Made by a program: the position numbers and the translations under genes | The notes under the pieces: model-generated | The model's database searches: none | Told to the model about the DNA's origin: nothing | Seen by the model: only the letters and a program-made list of their open reading frames with translations | Assembly (NCBI GenBank): GCA_963829155.1 | Contig: CAWHIA010000006.1 | Location: 107,812-171,811 of the forward strand | Length of the DNA stretch: 64,000 nt | Direction: 5' to 3' | Origin: an uncultured Chloroflexia bacterium | GTDB taxonomy: Bacteria; Chloroflexota; Limnocylindria; Limnocylindrales; CSP1-4 | Shown here: positions 39,179 through 48,397 of the stretch, piece after piece | Position numbering within the stretch: the first letter of the stretch is position 1 | How the letters are laid out: every line of letters begins with the position of its first letter

Positions 39179-39618
39179 GCACCGCCGTCGCCCTCGACAC
39201 GCTGCAGATCCCCGAGTCGCACCTGGACCTCCTGACCCGGCCGATCTGCGGCGTGTTCACGACGATGGGCGCCGATGGTCACCCACAGTCAAGCCTGGTG
39301 TGGACGGACCACGACGGCCTGTGTGCGCGGGTGAACACCACGCTCGAACGCCAGAAGGGCCGCAACCTGCTCGCCTGCACGAAGGTCAGCCTGCTCGTTG
39401 TCGATCCCGAGAACACCGGCCGCTTCATCCAGATCCGCGGCGACGTCGAGCTCGTGACGGACGGCGCGCTGGAGCACCTGGACGCGTTGACCCGCCGCTA
39501 CACCGGGCATCCCACCTTCTACGGGTGCATCTATCCGGTCGAGCAACGAGAGCACGAGACCCGGGTCATCTGCCGGATCCACACAAGACGGATCACGCTG
39601 GACGCGATCCACGCGTAA
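39175..39618 (+). CDS. PPOX-class (FMN/F420-binding split-barrel) oxidoreductase, paralogue 2
   Basis: 'FTTMGADGHPQSSLVW', 'RQKGRNL', 'FIQIRGDV', 'LTRRYTG'; ATGA overlap. Confidence 0.85.
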   Translation: MSTAVALDTLQIPESHLDLLTRPICGVFTTMGADGHPQSSLVWTDHDGLCARVNTTLERQKGRNLLACTKVSLLVVDPENTGRFIQIRGDVELVTDGALEHLDALTRRYTGHPTFYGCIYPVEQREHETRVICRIHTRRITLDAIHA

Positions 39619-39624
39619 ATCGGT

Positions 39625-41142
39625 GTGGTGCCCATATGCCGATACGCCATCATCACCGACGTGGAGCAGTTTCCGGGCCAGCCACCTGCGCCGCCCAAGG
39701 TGTCATGGGTGGCGCCGGCGCCAGGTGCATTCACGCGGCAGCTGCGGTTCGGGGAGTGGATCTCGGAGCCGGTCACGCCGCTCTTCGAGTCGTGGCTCCT
39801 GAGCCGCATGGAGGATCGCCTCCACGCGCAGCTCCAGCAGTGGACGGGTCAGGGTGCGCCGCGGCCGCATCACGTCGTCGTCAACGGCTGGTACTTCTAC
39901 TCGATCAACTGGCTCAGCCTCGGCGCGTCGATCCGGAACGGGCCTTCGTTGGCCTGGCACATCATTCGCGAGCCCCGGCGCGTCGCCGCGATGATCCCGC
40001 CGACCGTCCGCCATGGCATCTCGCTCTTCGAGCGCGAGTGGCGCGAGGAGCTCCAGCCTCGCTACCGAGCGGCGATCGCCGCGGCCGAGGCAAGCGTCGA
40101 GACCACGCCACCCTCGCAACTACCGGTGCTGGTCGACGAGCTGGCCGACCTTGCCGGGGAGTATTTCGCATCAGTCGCGGCACTGTCGGGCGCGGCCTAC
40201 AAGATGGAGATGAACCTCGCGATCTTCTACAGGCGCCACATCGCGAGGACGATCGGCGGCAGTCACCTGCCGCTCGTGGCGGGCTTTGAGATCCCGTCGG
40301 GGACAGCACACCCGGCGATCGCGTCCATGGATTGGTGGTTCGAGCCGACGCCCTCGCGGGCGGCTCATCTGGCGCCGGCGCCCGATCACGACCGCGTCCT
40401 CGAGGCCAGGCTCAAGGCCGAAGAAGCCGCCGCGGGCGCGCTCGCCGCGTCGCCGCGCCGCCTGCGCGAGTTTCGACGGCTGTTGACCGAGACGCAGCGC
40501 CTGGTCCCGATCCGGGAGGAGCAGGTCGCGGAACTGACCATCGCGTGGCCGGTCATGCGCCGGGCTGTCGTCCGCATCGGCGAGGAGCTCGCCTCGCGCG
40601 GCGTCCTGAAAAGGGACGATGAGGTCTTCTTCCTCACCCGCGGCGAGGTCGTGACCGCCCTCCGGTCGCCGTCAGGCGCGGCCATCGATGTGGGACCGCG
40701 GCGAGCGGCACGTGACGAGCAGGCGACGCTCGTGCCACCGCTCCTCGTCGGCCGGCTGAGTCCGATCTTGCGACGTGTCTGGGAGACATTTCCAAAGCTC
40801 GTTGGGGCGGTTCGCTCTGAGGGAGCGATCGTGTCCGGATCGCCCGCATCGCCAGGGCGGGCCACCGGCCTCGTCCGGGTGATCCGCGGCCCCAGTGAGT
40901 TCGACACGCTCCAACATGGCGAGATCCTCGTCGCACCGCTGACCGCTCCTGCGTGGACGCCGCTGTTCGAGCGAGCCGCGGCCGTGGTGACCGACGTGGG
41001 AAGCGCCGCGGCCCACGCGTCGATCATGGCCCGCGAGTACGGCATCCCCGCGGTCGTCGGTTGCGGCGACGCGACCGCGAGGCTCCGGACGGGCATGCGG
41101 GTGAGCGTGGATGGCACGACCGGCAACATTGAGCCGGCCTAG
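39625..41142 (+). CDS. PEP-utilising phosphohistidine (swivel) domain protein resembling the C-terminal part of rifampicin phosphotransferase; no ATP-grasp domain
   Basis: C-terminal 'ASPGRATG', 'GEILVAPLTAPAWTPLF', 'TDVGSAAAHASIMAREYGIPAVVG'; N-terminal helical region; no GGKG/ATP-grasp motif. Confidence 0.8.
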   Translation: MVPICRYAIITDVEQFPGQPPAPPKVSWVAPAPGAFTRQLRFGEWISEPVTPLFESWLLSRMEDRLHAQLQQWTGQGAPRPHHVVVNGWYFYSINWLSLGASIRNGPSLAWHIIREPRRVAAMIPPTVRHGISLFEREWREELQPRYRAAIAAAEASVETTPPSQLPVLVDELADLAGEYFASVAALSGAAYKMEMNLAIFYRRHIARTIGGSHLPLVAGFEIPSGTAHPAIASMDWWFEPTPSRAAHLAPAPDHDRVLEARLKAEEAAAGALAASPRRLREFRRLLTETQRLVPIREEQVAELTIAWPVMRRAVVRIGEELASRGVLKRDDEVFFLTRGEVVTALRSPSGAAIDVGPRRAARDEQATLVPPLLVGRLSPILRRVWETFPKLVGAVRSEGAIVSGSPASPGRATGLVRVIRGPSEFDTLQHGEILVAPLTAPAWTPLFERAAAVVTDVGSAAAHASIMAREYGIPAVVGCGDATARLRTGMRVSVDGTTGNIEPA

Positions 41143-41167
41143 CCCGGATGTCGCGGTGCTCGGAGCG

Positions 41168-41701
41168 TCAGGCCAGGAGCGGGCGACGGAAGGCGAGCGT
41201 CGCGAGGACCAGCGTGGCCAGGGTCATCCCGGCATATGTCAGGCACCAGCTGCACCAGGCCCCGATCACGAACGCCTCGATTGCCGTGAAGTAGCCCAGC
41301 ACCACGACGCTGGCGAGCGTGACAACGAACACGGCCTCCAGGCCGCGGCGCTCACGCCACCGCCACCACGCAAGTGCGCCGACGATGGCAGTCGCCGACA
41401 CGCCAAGGCCCGGAAGCGCCACCGGGATCCCGGCGACGCCCGAGTAGATGGAATCCTGCACCGCGTCGCAGCCGCCCAGCGGCCCGCACTCTAGCGCGGC
41501 ACCGGTCAGGTGCTCGAAGACCAGGTAGCCGGCGACGGCGACGGCCGCCAGCGCCGTCAGGACCATCGGCAGCCCGAGCGTGCCGCGGCCCGTCGGCTGC
41601 TGGACGGGCGCGGCGTGCGTGATGGGCGCACCGGCTTCGGCGGGCGCGGCGCCCCGTGCCTGTCGCCGTTGGCGACGGCGGGCTGTTCGGCTCGCGCTCA
41701 C
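41168..41701 (-). CDS. Vitamin K epoxide reductase (VKOR) family membrane protein
   Basis: 'CGPLGGCDAVQDSIYS..GIPV', redox motif 'WCSWC'; GTGA overlap with the DsbA stop. Confidence 0.9.
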   Translation of the reverse strand: MSASRTARRRQRRQARGAAPAEAGAPITHAAPVQQPTGRGTLGLPMVLTALAAVAVAGYLVFEHLTGAALECGPLGGCDAVQDSIYSGVAGIPVALPGLGVSATAIVGALAWWRWRERRGLEAVFVVTLASVVVLGYFTAIEAFVIGAWCSWCLTYAGMTLATLVLATLAFRRPLLA

Positions 41702-42405
41702 TGACTCGCTTCCTCGGCTTCCACGGCCGCGATCAACGTCTCCCAGTCGGGCACCCCGCGGAGCTGCTGGGACCCGACGATGATCGTCGGTGTTGCCTGG
41801 ATCCCGAGCCCGACCCCGACCTCGGTCTCCGCCGCGACCTGCCGGGCCAACTCGGGTCCGGCGAGACAGGCCTCGAACGTTGCGGTGTCGAGGCCGGCCA
41901 GACCGGCGATGGCGACGATCCGATCCGTCGCGAAAGCGCCCTGGTTTTCGCCGTGCTGATTGGCGAACACGATCTCGTGGTACGCCTCGAAGCGGCCGTC
42001 GCGAGCGGCACATCGCGCGCCGACTGCGGCCCCCATCGACTCCGGGCCGATGAAGGCGTAGTCGTGGTAGACGACCCTGACCCGCCCAGTGTCGACGAGA
42101 TCCGAGATGATTCGCGGCAACAGGAGCGTCGCAAAGGCGCGGCATGCCGGGCACTGGTAGTCCGACCACACCTCGATCGCCACCGGGGCGGCCGGCGAGC
42201 CGATGACCCGGCCGTCCGTTTCCGCCGGGCCTGGGGCCGCGAGCGTCGGCCGCGAGTCGATCTCCGACGGCACGACGAGAGCCCCGTCGGCCGGCGGCCG
42301 TTGGAGCACCACCAGGCCGGCGACCGCAAAGAGTCCGGCCGTCAGCCCGATCGTGGCCAGCCGCAGGAGGCCCGGCGGCCGCGACGTCTGGCGGGTTCGA
42401 GCCAC
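41698..42405 (-). CDS. DsbA-family thioredoxin-fold protein, membrane-anchored
   Basis: N-terminal TM helix, 'GSPAAPV..WSDYQCPAC', cis-Pro motif 'GIQATPT'. Confidence 0.88.
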   Translation of the reverse strand: MARTRQTSRPPGLLRLATIGLTAGLFAVAGLVVLQRPPADGALVVPSEIDSRPTLAAPGPAETDGRVIGSPAAPVAIEVWSDYQCPACRAFATLLLPRIISDLVDTGRVRVVYHDYAFIGPESMGAAVGARCAARDGRFEAYHEIVFANQHGENQGAFATDRIVAIAGLAGLDTATFEACLAGPELARQVAAETEVGVGLGIQATPTIIVGSQQLRGVPDWETLIAAVEAEEASQ

Positions 42406-42409
42406 CCGC

Positions 42410-44110
42410 TCAGGCCTTTGTGCCTGGGACGCTGAGGCCGGCGAGCTCCTGGAGCGTGTGCCAGTTCGCGAGCCGGTCGGCCTGCGTGGCCGCGATCTCC
42501 GGGCTCGGTGCGCCGTCGGCGTCGAAGTGAGCAGCGAACCGGCCCTCGGTGCGGGCGAAGGCGAGGAAGTCGACGATGTTCCCGTCGGGGCCAGCCGCCC
42601 AGTCCTCGCGGAGGGCGGGGTTCCCCTGCAGGGACCAGCGCTCGGACAGCCGCTCGCCGCGCCGGGGGTCGTAGGTGAACAGGGGGAAGGCACGCGACTC
42701 GACCGCCAGCTTGGCCTGGGCGCTCGACGCGTCGTCGGCGATCCCGTGCTCGGGCTGGCATGGCGCGTAGGCGATCACGATCGCCGGTCCCGGAAAGGCG
42801 TTGGCCTCCATGACCGCCCGGTAGAAGTGGTTGATGTGGGCGGGGGTCGTCTGCGCCACGTACGCGTTCCCATGGGCCGCGAGGATCCGGCCGAGCTCCT
42901 TGCGCGGCTCCGGCCGGCCGTGGACCGCCTTGCCGAACGCCGACAGCTTGGTGACCTGCCCACCGAACGACGCGGTGGACGCCTGTCCACCGGTGTTCGA
43001 GTAGACCTGCGTGTCGAGCACGAGGACCTTGATGTCGGCGCCGGAGGCGACCATGCGCGACAGGGCCTGGAAGCCGATGTCGTACATCGCCCCGTCGCCG
43101 CCCATCACCCACAGCTTCCGCTCCGGGTGGCCGTCCTGGTCCCATCGCGCCCGGACGCCGAGAGCGACAGCCGGCGCGTTCTCGAACAGGGAGTTCGTCC
43201 ACGGCACCAGGTACGGGTTGAACGGGTAGGTGCTGCCGAACACGGTGTTGCACCCGGTGGCCGCCACGATGCCCATCGAGTCGGGTCCGTGCACCTGGCG
43301 GGTCGCCGCCACGAGCATCCGGATCGCCGTTGCCTCGCCGCAGCCGGAGCACGACCCGGCGCCGCCGACGTACCCGATGGCGTGCTCGCCGAGCATCAGG
43401 TCGGCCAGCGCCTTGTCGTTGCGGTACTCGGCTGGTGTCGGCCCCAGGGTGCGCATGAAGCGCAGGTCGCGGGCGTAGCGCTCGACCGTGCTGTCGCCGT
43501 CAGGCTCCACGGGGACCTTGTCGATCATCCGCAGGGCGTCGTAGCCCAACGCGTGGCAGACCTCGACGCACTCCGCGCAGCCCTTGCAGTGCACCGGGTC
43601 GACGAAGATCCCGAACTGGGCGGGCTCGAGGCCGCGCCGGCTCGGCACGTCCGCGTACTTCGTCGTGTGCGCGAAGTGGCTCCGCACGGTGCGCCCCGCG
43701 ACGGCCGGCTCGGGCTGGCCGGCGACGAACGCCGCGACCGCCCCGTCGATGACCGACCCCGGCTGCGCCACGCCGAGGATCGCGGTATCCGGGCAGGCGT
43801 TGACGCAGGCCATGCACCCGACGCAGGCATCGAACATGAACTCCGGGATCCGCGGCGCCAGCCCGCTGAAGTCGCGCGTGGCGGCGGTCCCGGGCGGGAT
43901 CACGCTTCGTGCGACACCTGGCTCGCTCGGCAGCTCGACATCGGCAACCCCGCTCCGATAGGCATCGACCACGCCGTTGAAGTCGTCGACGTACGTGTGC
44001 ACGTCGAGCACCGTCGACGCCGCCTCGAGGCGGCTCTCGTGCAGCTCCTTGGCCTCGCCCATCCCCTTCCGGACCGGCGCGGCGAGCTCGTGGACGCCCA
44101 GCTCGTCCAT
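42410..44110 (-). CDS. Pyruvate:ferredoxin oxidoreductase, 2x[4Fe-4S] + TPP-binding (delta/beta) half of a split NifJ-type enzyme
   Basis: 'CVGCMACVNACP', 'CKGCAECVEVC', 'CSGCGE', 'GGDGAMYDIG', 'LDTQVYSNTGGQ'; TGATG overlap with the CBS gene. Confidence 0.9.
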   Translation of the reverse strand: MDELGVHELAAPVRKGMGEAKELHESRLEAASTVLDVHTYVDDFNGVVDAYRSGVADVELPSEPGVARSVIPPGTAATRDFSGLAPRIPEFMFDACVGCMACVNACPDTAILGVAQPGSVIDGAVAAFVAGQPEPAVAGRTVRSHFAHTTKYADVPSRRGLEPAQFGIFVDPVHCKGCAECVEVCHALGYDALRMIDKVPVEPDGDSTVERYARDLRFMRTLGPTPAEYRNDKALADLMLGEHAIGYVGGAGSCSGCGEATAIRMLVAATRQVHGPDSMGIVAATGCNTVFGSTYPFNPYLVPWTNSLFENAPAVALGVRARWDQDGHPERKLWVMGGDGAMYDIGFQALSRMVASGADIKVLVLDTQVYSNTGGQASTASFGGQVTKLSAFGKAVHGRPEPRKELGRILAAHGNAYVAQTTPAHINHFYRAVMEANAFPGPAIVIAYAPCQPEHGIADDASSAQAKLAVESRAFPLFTYDPRRGERLSERWSLQGNPALREDWAAGPDGNIVDFLAFARTEGRFAAHFDADGAPSPEIAATQADRLANWHTLQELAGLSVPGTKA

Positions 44111-44523
44111 CACTCGCTCCACGCGGCCATCGAGCGAACGAGGTCGCTCACCGATAGGACGCCGATGGGGGTTTCGCCGTCGGCCGCGGTGATGACCAGC
44201 CGATGGATGCCGTGCTCCTCCATCAGCCGGGCGGCCTCCGTCACGGACACGTTGGCGTTCACGGTGACGGCCGGCGACGTCATGACATGGCGGACCGCGA
44301 GCCCGACCCAGACGGTCCACAGCTGCTCGGTGGCGCGGGCGTGCAGGATGTCGGTCTGGCTGATCACGCCGATCAGGGCCCCGTGCACGTCGACGACGGG
44401 CAGGCCGCTGACCCGGTAGAACTCCATCATCGCTGCCGCATCCGGGAGTGGCATCTCGGCCGGCACGGTCACCGGGTCGTGGGTCATCAGCTCGCCGACC
44501 GTCGGCTCTGTCTTCGTGTCCAT
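44110..44523 (-). CDS. Stand-alone CBS-pair protein
   Basis: Two CBS repeats: 'VGELMTHDPVTV...SGLPVVD...GVISQTD' and 'VMTSPAVTV...HRLVI...GVLSVSDL'. Confidence 0.92.
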   Translation of the reverse strand: MDTKTEPTVGELMTHDPVTVPAEMPLPDAAAMMEFYRVSGLPVVDVHGALIGVISQTDILHARATEQLWTVWVGLAVRHVMTSPAVTVNANVSVTEAARLMEEHGIHRLVITAADGETPIGVLSVSDLVRSMAAWSE

Positions 44524-44527
44524 CTGC

Positions 44528-46510
44528 TTACCCTCGTTCCGTCACGGCGACCGTCGCCAGCTCGTGGCGCGGCGCCGCGACCAGGGCCGTGATCGACGCG
44601 GTGACGTCGACCACCCCGTCATAGGCGTCGGCGATCAGCGCCAGGTTGGCGTCGACCACGCGGCTGCCGCGCTTGCCGAAGAAGCGTTGGAGGCCCGGGC
44701 GGACCGCCGTGAGCAGCTCGTCGCGGCCGATGCCCGCCCGCTCGGCGAACGGCGTCAGGCGCAGGAACGCGCCGACGAGGGCGATCCCCTGCAGGCGCTG
44801 GACGAGGTCCGCCCGCGGGGCATGCCTGCGGGCGAGGCCCGCGGTGTCGAGGGCGGCCAGCCGGATGCGTCGGTCGAGCATCGACCGGCGCGCATCCGAC
44901 GGGATCGACGCCCAGATCGCCGACGGGTCCGTCAGCGGCGACTGGACGAAGACCGTGCCACCGTCGGCCAGGCCGCGGAGCGGATCGCCCTGGCGGAACG
45001 CCGCCACGTCGTGGAGCGGCACGAAGTCGACGTGCTCGAGCTCCCCGTGCTGGCGGATCCGCTCCGAGGCCAAGGTCAGGTAGTAGGTCGTGGGCAGGCC
45101 CTTCTTCTCCGAGCCGTAGCGCGGGTACGCCTGGACGTAGAGCCCGAACAGGTCCCCGACCAGCGTGGCGACGAGCTTGTTGGTCGTGACCGACCCGAAG
45201 CCGCCGATCGAGTGGCCCCGCAGGCTGAAGGCGCCGGCCGGTCGCAGGTCGAGCGCGTGGCTCTCGAGGGCCAGCGGGTGACGGATTCCGAGGGTCGCGT
45301 AGCGCCGTTCGGCCGGGGCGCGGTGGTCGGCCAGCCAGTCGAAGACCGCCGCCAGGTCACCGGGGCCCACGTCGCGCGACCCGAGGCCCGCCGAGACGGA
45401 GCGAACGCGCGGGACCAGCTCGCCTTCGGCGGCGTGATCGAAGAGCGCCGCCTTGACCTCGCGGGTCAGCGGGTTGTCGTGGGCGGCCGGTTCGTCGGTC
45501 CGCTCGATCACCGCGACCACGCGGGCGTTGCCGATCGCCCGTCGCAGCGCGTCGGCCGGGAACGGCCGGAAGCTCGTGATGGCGATGGAGCCAACGGGGC
45601 GGCCGAGCCCGCGCAGGTGATCGACCACGGCGGTGGCCGTGTCGGCCATCGTCCCCATTGAGACCACGATCTCCGCGGCGTCCTCGCAGCGATACGGCTG
45701 CACGGCGGCATAGCGGCGGCCGGTCAGGCGCGCCCAGTCCTCGAACGCGGCGTCCAGCTCGCCCGGCAGCCGGTCGTAGAACGCTCGCTGGCCGAGGCGG
45801 CCCTTCATGTAGCTGTCCTGGTTCTGGACGACGCCGGTCATCAGCGGCCGCTGCGGGTCGAACCACGCGCGAAGGTGATCCCGTGGGTTGCCGACGAACT
45901 CGCGCAGGAGCTCGTCCTCGGGCAGCACCATCGTCTCGAGCGTGTGCGTGGTCAGGAACCCGTCCTGGACGACGAAAAAGGGCACCTCGGTCGCCTCGGC
46001 GACGCGCCGGGCGATCGGCGCGAGGTCGGCGACCTCCTGGGCGTTGCGTGCGAACAGGATCCCCCACCCCGTGTCGGCGACACCCATGACGTCGTCGTGA
46101 CCCGCGTGGATGTTGAGGGCCTGGCTGGTCAGGGCGCGAGCGCCGATGTGGAACACGACCGGGAGGCGCTTGCCCGCGATGACGTACAGGACCTCCTTCA
46201 TCAGGATCAGGCCTTGGCCGGCGGTGAAGTTGGTGACCCGAGCGCCGGCCAGCGCCGCGCCCTCGGCCGCGGAGGCCGACGAGTGCTCGGACTCCGGCTC
46301 GATGAACCGCAGGGGCGTCCCCCACAGGTCGGTCCGCCCGTCGGCCACGGCCGCCTGGTAGATGGCGGCCATCGTCGTCGACGGGGTGATCGGATAGGCG
46401 CAGGCGACCTCGGACAGCCGCGTCTCGATCGAGGCGACTGCCTCGGAGCCGTCGATGATCGCCGGGATGCCGGGGTAGCGCGTGGCGGTGACCGGATCGG
46501 TGGGCATCAT
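44528..46510 (-). CDS. Pyruvate:ferredoxin oxidoreductase, alpha + gamma half of a split NifJ-type enzyme
   Basis: 'IIDGSEAVA', 'AYPITPST', 'ESEHSSAS', 'FTAGQGL', 'QDGFLTTH', 'HSIGGFGSVT', 'YGSEKKG'; start MMPTD at 46510. Confidence 0.9.
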   Translation of the reverse strand: MMPTDPVTATRYPGIPAIIDGSEAVASIETRLSEVACAYPITPSTTMAAIYQAAVADGRTDLWGTPLRFIEPESEHSSASAAEGAALAGARVTNFTAGQGLILMKEVLYVIAGKRLPVVFHIGARALTSQALNIHAGHDDVMGVADTGWGILFARNAQEVADLAPIARRVAEATEVPFFVVQDGFLTTHTLETMVLPEDELLREFVGNPRDHLRAWFDPQRPLMTGVVQNQDSYMKGRLGQRAFYDRLPGELDAAFEDWARLTGRRYAAVQPYRCEDAAEIVVSMGTMADTATAVVDHLRGLGRPVGSIAITSFRPFPADALRRAIGNARVVAVIERTDEPAAHDNPLTREVKAALFDHAAEGELVPRVRSVSAGLGSRDVGPGDLAAVFDWLADHRAPAERRYATLGIRHPLALESHALDLRPAGAFSLRGHSIGGFGSVTTNKLVATLVGDLFGLYVQAYPRYGSEKKGLPTTYYLTLASERIRQHGELEHVDFVPLHDVAAFRQGDPLRGLADGGTVFVQSPLTDPSAIWASIPSDARRSMLDRRIRLAALDTAGLARRHAPRADLVQRLQGIALVGAFLRLTPFAERAGIGRDELLTAVRPGLQRFFGKRGSRVVDANLALIADAYDGVVDVTASITALVAAPRHELATVAVTERG

Positions 46511-46965
46511 CAGATCCACGAAGACGGCCGCGGGCCGCGGAAGTGGCCAGATCGCCGGAGCCAAGCGAGGGCGACCACGCCCTCGGCCGCGCCGATGGCG
46601 AACATGACGGGCTGCAGGGGGTTGAACGGCATCATCGCCACCTGGACCGCGATCCAGATCATCAGGCCGACGCCGAGCGCACCCGTCAACCAGGGTGCCA
46701 GCGGATGGCGGCCGACGATCAGCGCCGCAGCGACGAGCTGGCCGGCCCCGTTCATCGTCAGCAGGACAAGCCCAGGCACCATCCACGATCCGAACGGCGT
46801 GGCGTCGATCCACGCCTGCGGCAGGCCCAGCGGCGCACCCTCCGCGTTGGCCATCAGCTGCAGGCCCACGGGGATGGCCATCAGCGCCGTGAACAGCTGG
46901 AGCCCGACGGCGATCCATGCATAGCCCGGCCGCTCCAGGCGGCGCGTCCCGACGATCGCATCCAT
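46510..46965 (-). CDS. Conserved 4-TM membrane protein of unknown function
   Basis: Four hydrophobic helices, 'LGLPQAWIDATPFGSWMVPGL'; TGATG overlap with the PFOR alpha gene. Confidence 0.8.
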   Translation of the reverse strand: MDAIVGTRRLERPGYAWIAVGLQLFTALMAIPVGLQLMANAEGAPLGLPQAWIDATPFGSWMVPGLVLLTMNGAGQLVAAALIVGRHPLAPWLTGALGVGLMIWIAVQVAMMPFNPLQPVMFAIGAAEGVVALAWLRRSGHFRGPRPSSWI

Positions 46966-47234
46966 CTCGCGTACCTCGTGCCGGCCGTGCCCTCACGGCC
47001 GTCCATCGCCAGTGAACCCGTACGGGGCGGGGTCCGGCAGTGCCATCGGCCCCGCAATCGACCGGCCATTCGGACTCCTCGACGAGCGGTCCGCCGAGAC
47101 AGGGCGAGGACGTGGCGTTCGGCCCGCGGCCTGATGGCCTCCGGCACTGGACCGACGAGCCGTGCATCGCTGGAATGGCTTCGGGAGGCGCCGGCGAGTC
47201 GTCGTGTCGCCTGACCCGACTTGGAGGTGCCGCC

Positions 47235-47675
47235 ATGACGGCGGTGACCCGCCCTACCAGCGCCGAGGTCAAGGATCGTGAGCCCACCGAGGCGCCGGCG
47301 GGATGTCTGTGTTTGGCTCACGACACGCCGTGTCACCGCGCGCGCAGGCGGAACCGGCGGTACTGCTCACCGTGCATCGAGCTCTGTGATCCCGCGCGTT
47401 CATCGAACGCGGTGGGGCAAGGCGGGCGAGCAGACCCCGGAGAATCCGCATGCCGGCACCCGCTCCCCGCGAGACGGCCTCTGCTTGTCCGACGCCGTGG
47501 AGCAGGGTCGGCCGACCTCTCTCGACCTACCATGCGCTGGACATGGGAGCGAAACAGACCGGCAAGCGTTCGACGTCGGCGGCCCCGGCCGAGCCGCACG
47601 AGGCGGCGGCCCGTGACCACGACGACGGGCGCCTCGCCGCGGCCGAGGTCGCGGCCGAGCGGATGGCCGCCGTGA
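47235..47675 (+). CDS. Possible small Cys-rich metal-binding protein; true 3' end uncertain
   Basis: GGAGG RBS before ATG 47235; 'CLCLAHDTPCH...YCSPCIELC'. As sequenced it overlaps the next gene by ~130 bp. Confidence 0.35.
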   Translation: MTAVTRPTSAEVKDREPTEAPAGCLCLAHDTPCHRARRRNRRYCSPCIELCDPARSSNAVGQGGRADPGESACRHPLPARRPLLVRRRGAGSADLSRPTMRWTWERNRPASVRRRRPRPSRTRRRPVTTTTGASPRPRSRPSGWPP

Positions 47676-48397
47676 CCAGGCGCCTCGCCGGGCGGGCCGC
47701 CGACGCCGCCGGAGCCGTGGTCGACGCTGCGGACGGCGTCGTCGAGGCGCTCGTCCCCGCCGCAGAGCACCTGGCGGCCACCACCCGCGACGCCGCCGTC
47801 GAGGGCGCCCGACACCTCCCCCACTCGACGCGACGCCGGTCCGTGCCGCTTCCCAACCTATTCGACGTGCATCCCGAGGCGCGGGACGCGCCGTTGCGCG
47901 AGCTCGGGCTCGTGTCGATCCCGATCGACGAGATCGTCGGCACCGCGGTAAGGGGTCCGGCCCAGCGGGGCCTGGACTTCCAGCCGCTGCCGCCGTTTCG
48001 CTCGAAGAACTGGGAGGCGCGCTGGCAGCGGATCCGTCGCGCGACGCAGGAGATGCGCTCGCTGCCGCCCATCGACGTCCTGCGCACGAACGACGGCTAC
48101 TGGGTGACCGACGGCCACAACCGTGTGGCCGCAGCCAAGGCGGTGGGCCAAGTGGAGCTCGACGCCGACGTCAAGGGCGTCGTGCTGCCCGGTCAGCCGA
48201 TCATGCGCCCGTCGGGGTCGTTGGCGCCCGTGCTCGCGGAGTCGTCCCAGATCGAAGCGGCCGCCCGCGGCCAGCTGTCGCGCGGCACGACGCTGGGTCG
48301 GACGGTCCAGGAGCGGGACCTCCGGCCGCCGCCCGGAGACACCGATGACGCGGCACCGGCGTCCGGACACGACAAGGATCCCGAGGCGGGACGATGA
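47543..48397 (+). CDS. ParB/Sulfiredoxin-like domain protein
   Basis: 'SIPIDEIVG', 'RWQRI', 'LPPIDV...YWVTDGHNRVAAA...ADV'. Confidence 0.75.
   Translation: MGAKQTGKRSTSAAPAEPHEAAARDHDDGRLAAAEVAAERMAAVTRRLAGRAADAAGAVVDAADGVVEALVPAAEHLAATTRDAAVEGARHLPHSTRRRSVPLPNLFDVHPEARDAPLRELGLVSIPIDEIVGTAVRGPAQRGLDFQPLPPFRSKNWEARWQRIRRATQEMRSLPPIDVLRTNDGYWVTDGHNRVAAAKAVGQVELDADVKGVVLPGQPIMRPSGSLAPVLAESSQIEAAARGQLSRGTTLGRTVQERDLRPPPGDTDDAAPASGHDKDPEAGR

Noticed and set aside
39625-41142. Calling this gene rifampicin phosphotransferase (rph) or PEP synthase
   Set aside because: It lacks the ATP-grasp domain required for either activity.
47543-48397. Chromosome-partitioning parB
   Set aside because: No HTH or dimerisation domain, no parA neighbour, and no parS-like palindrome seen.
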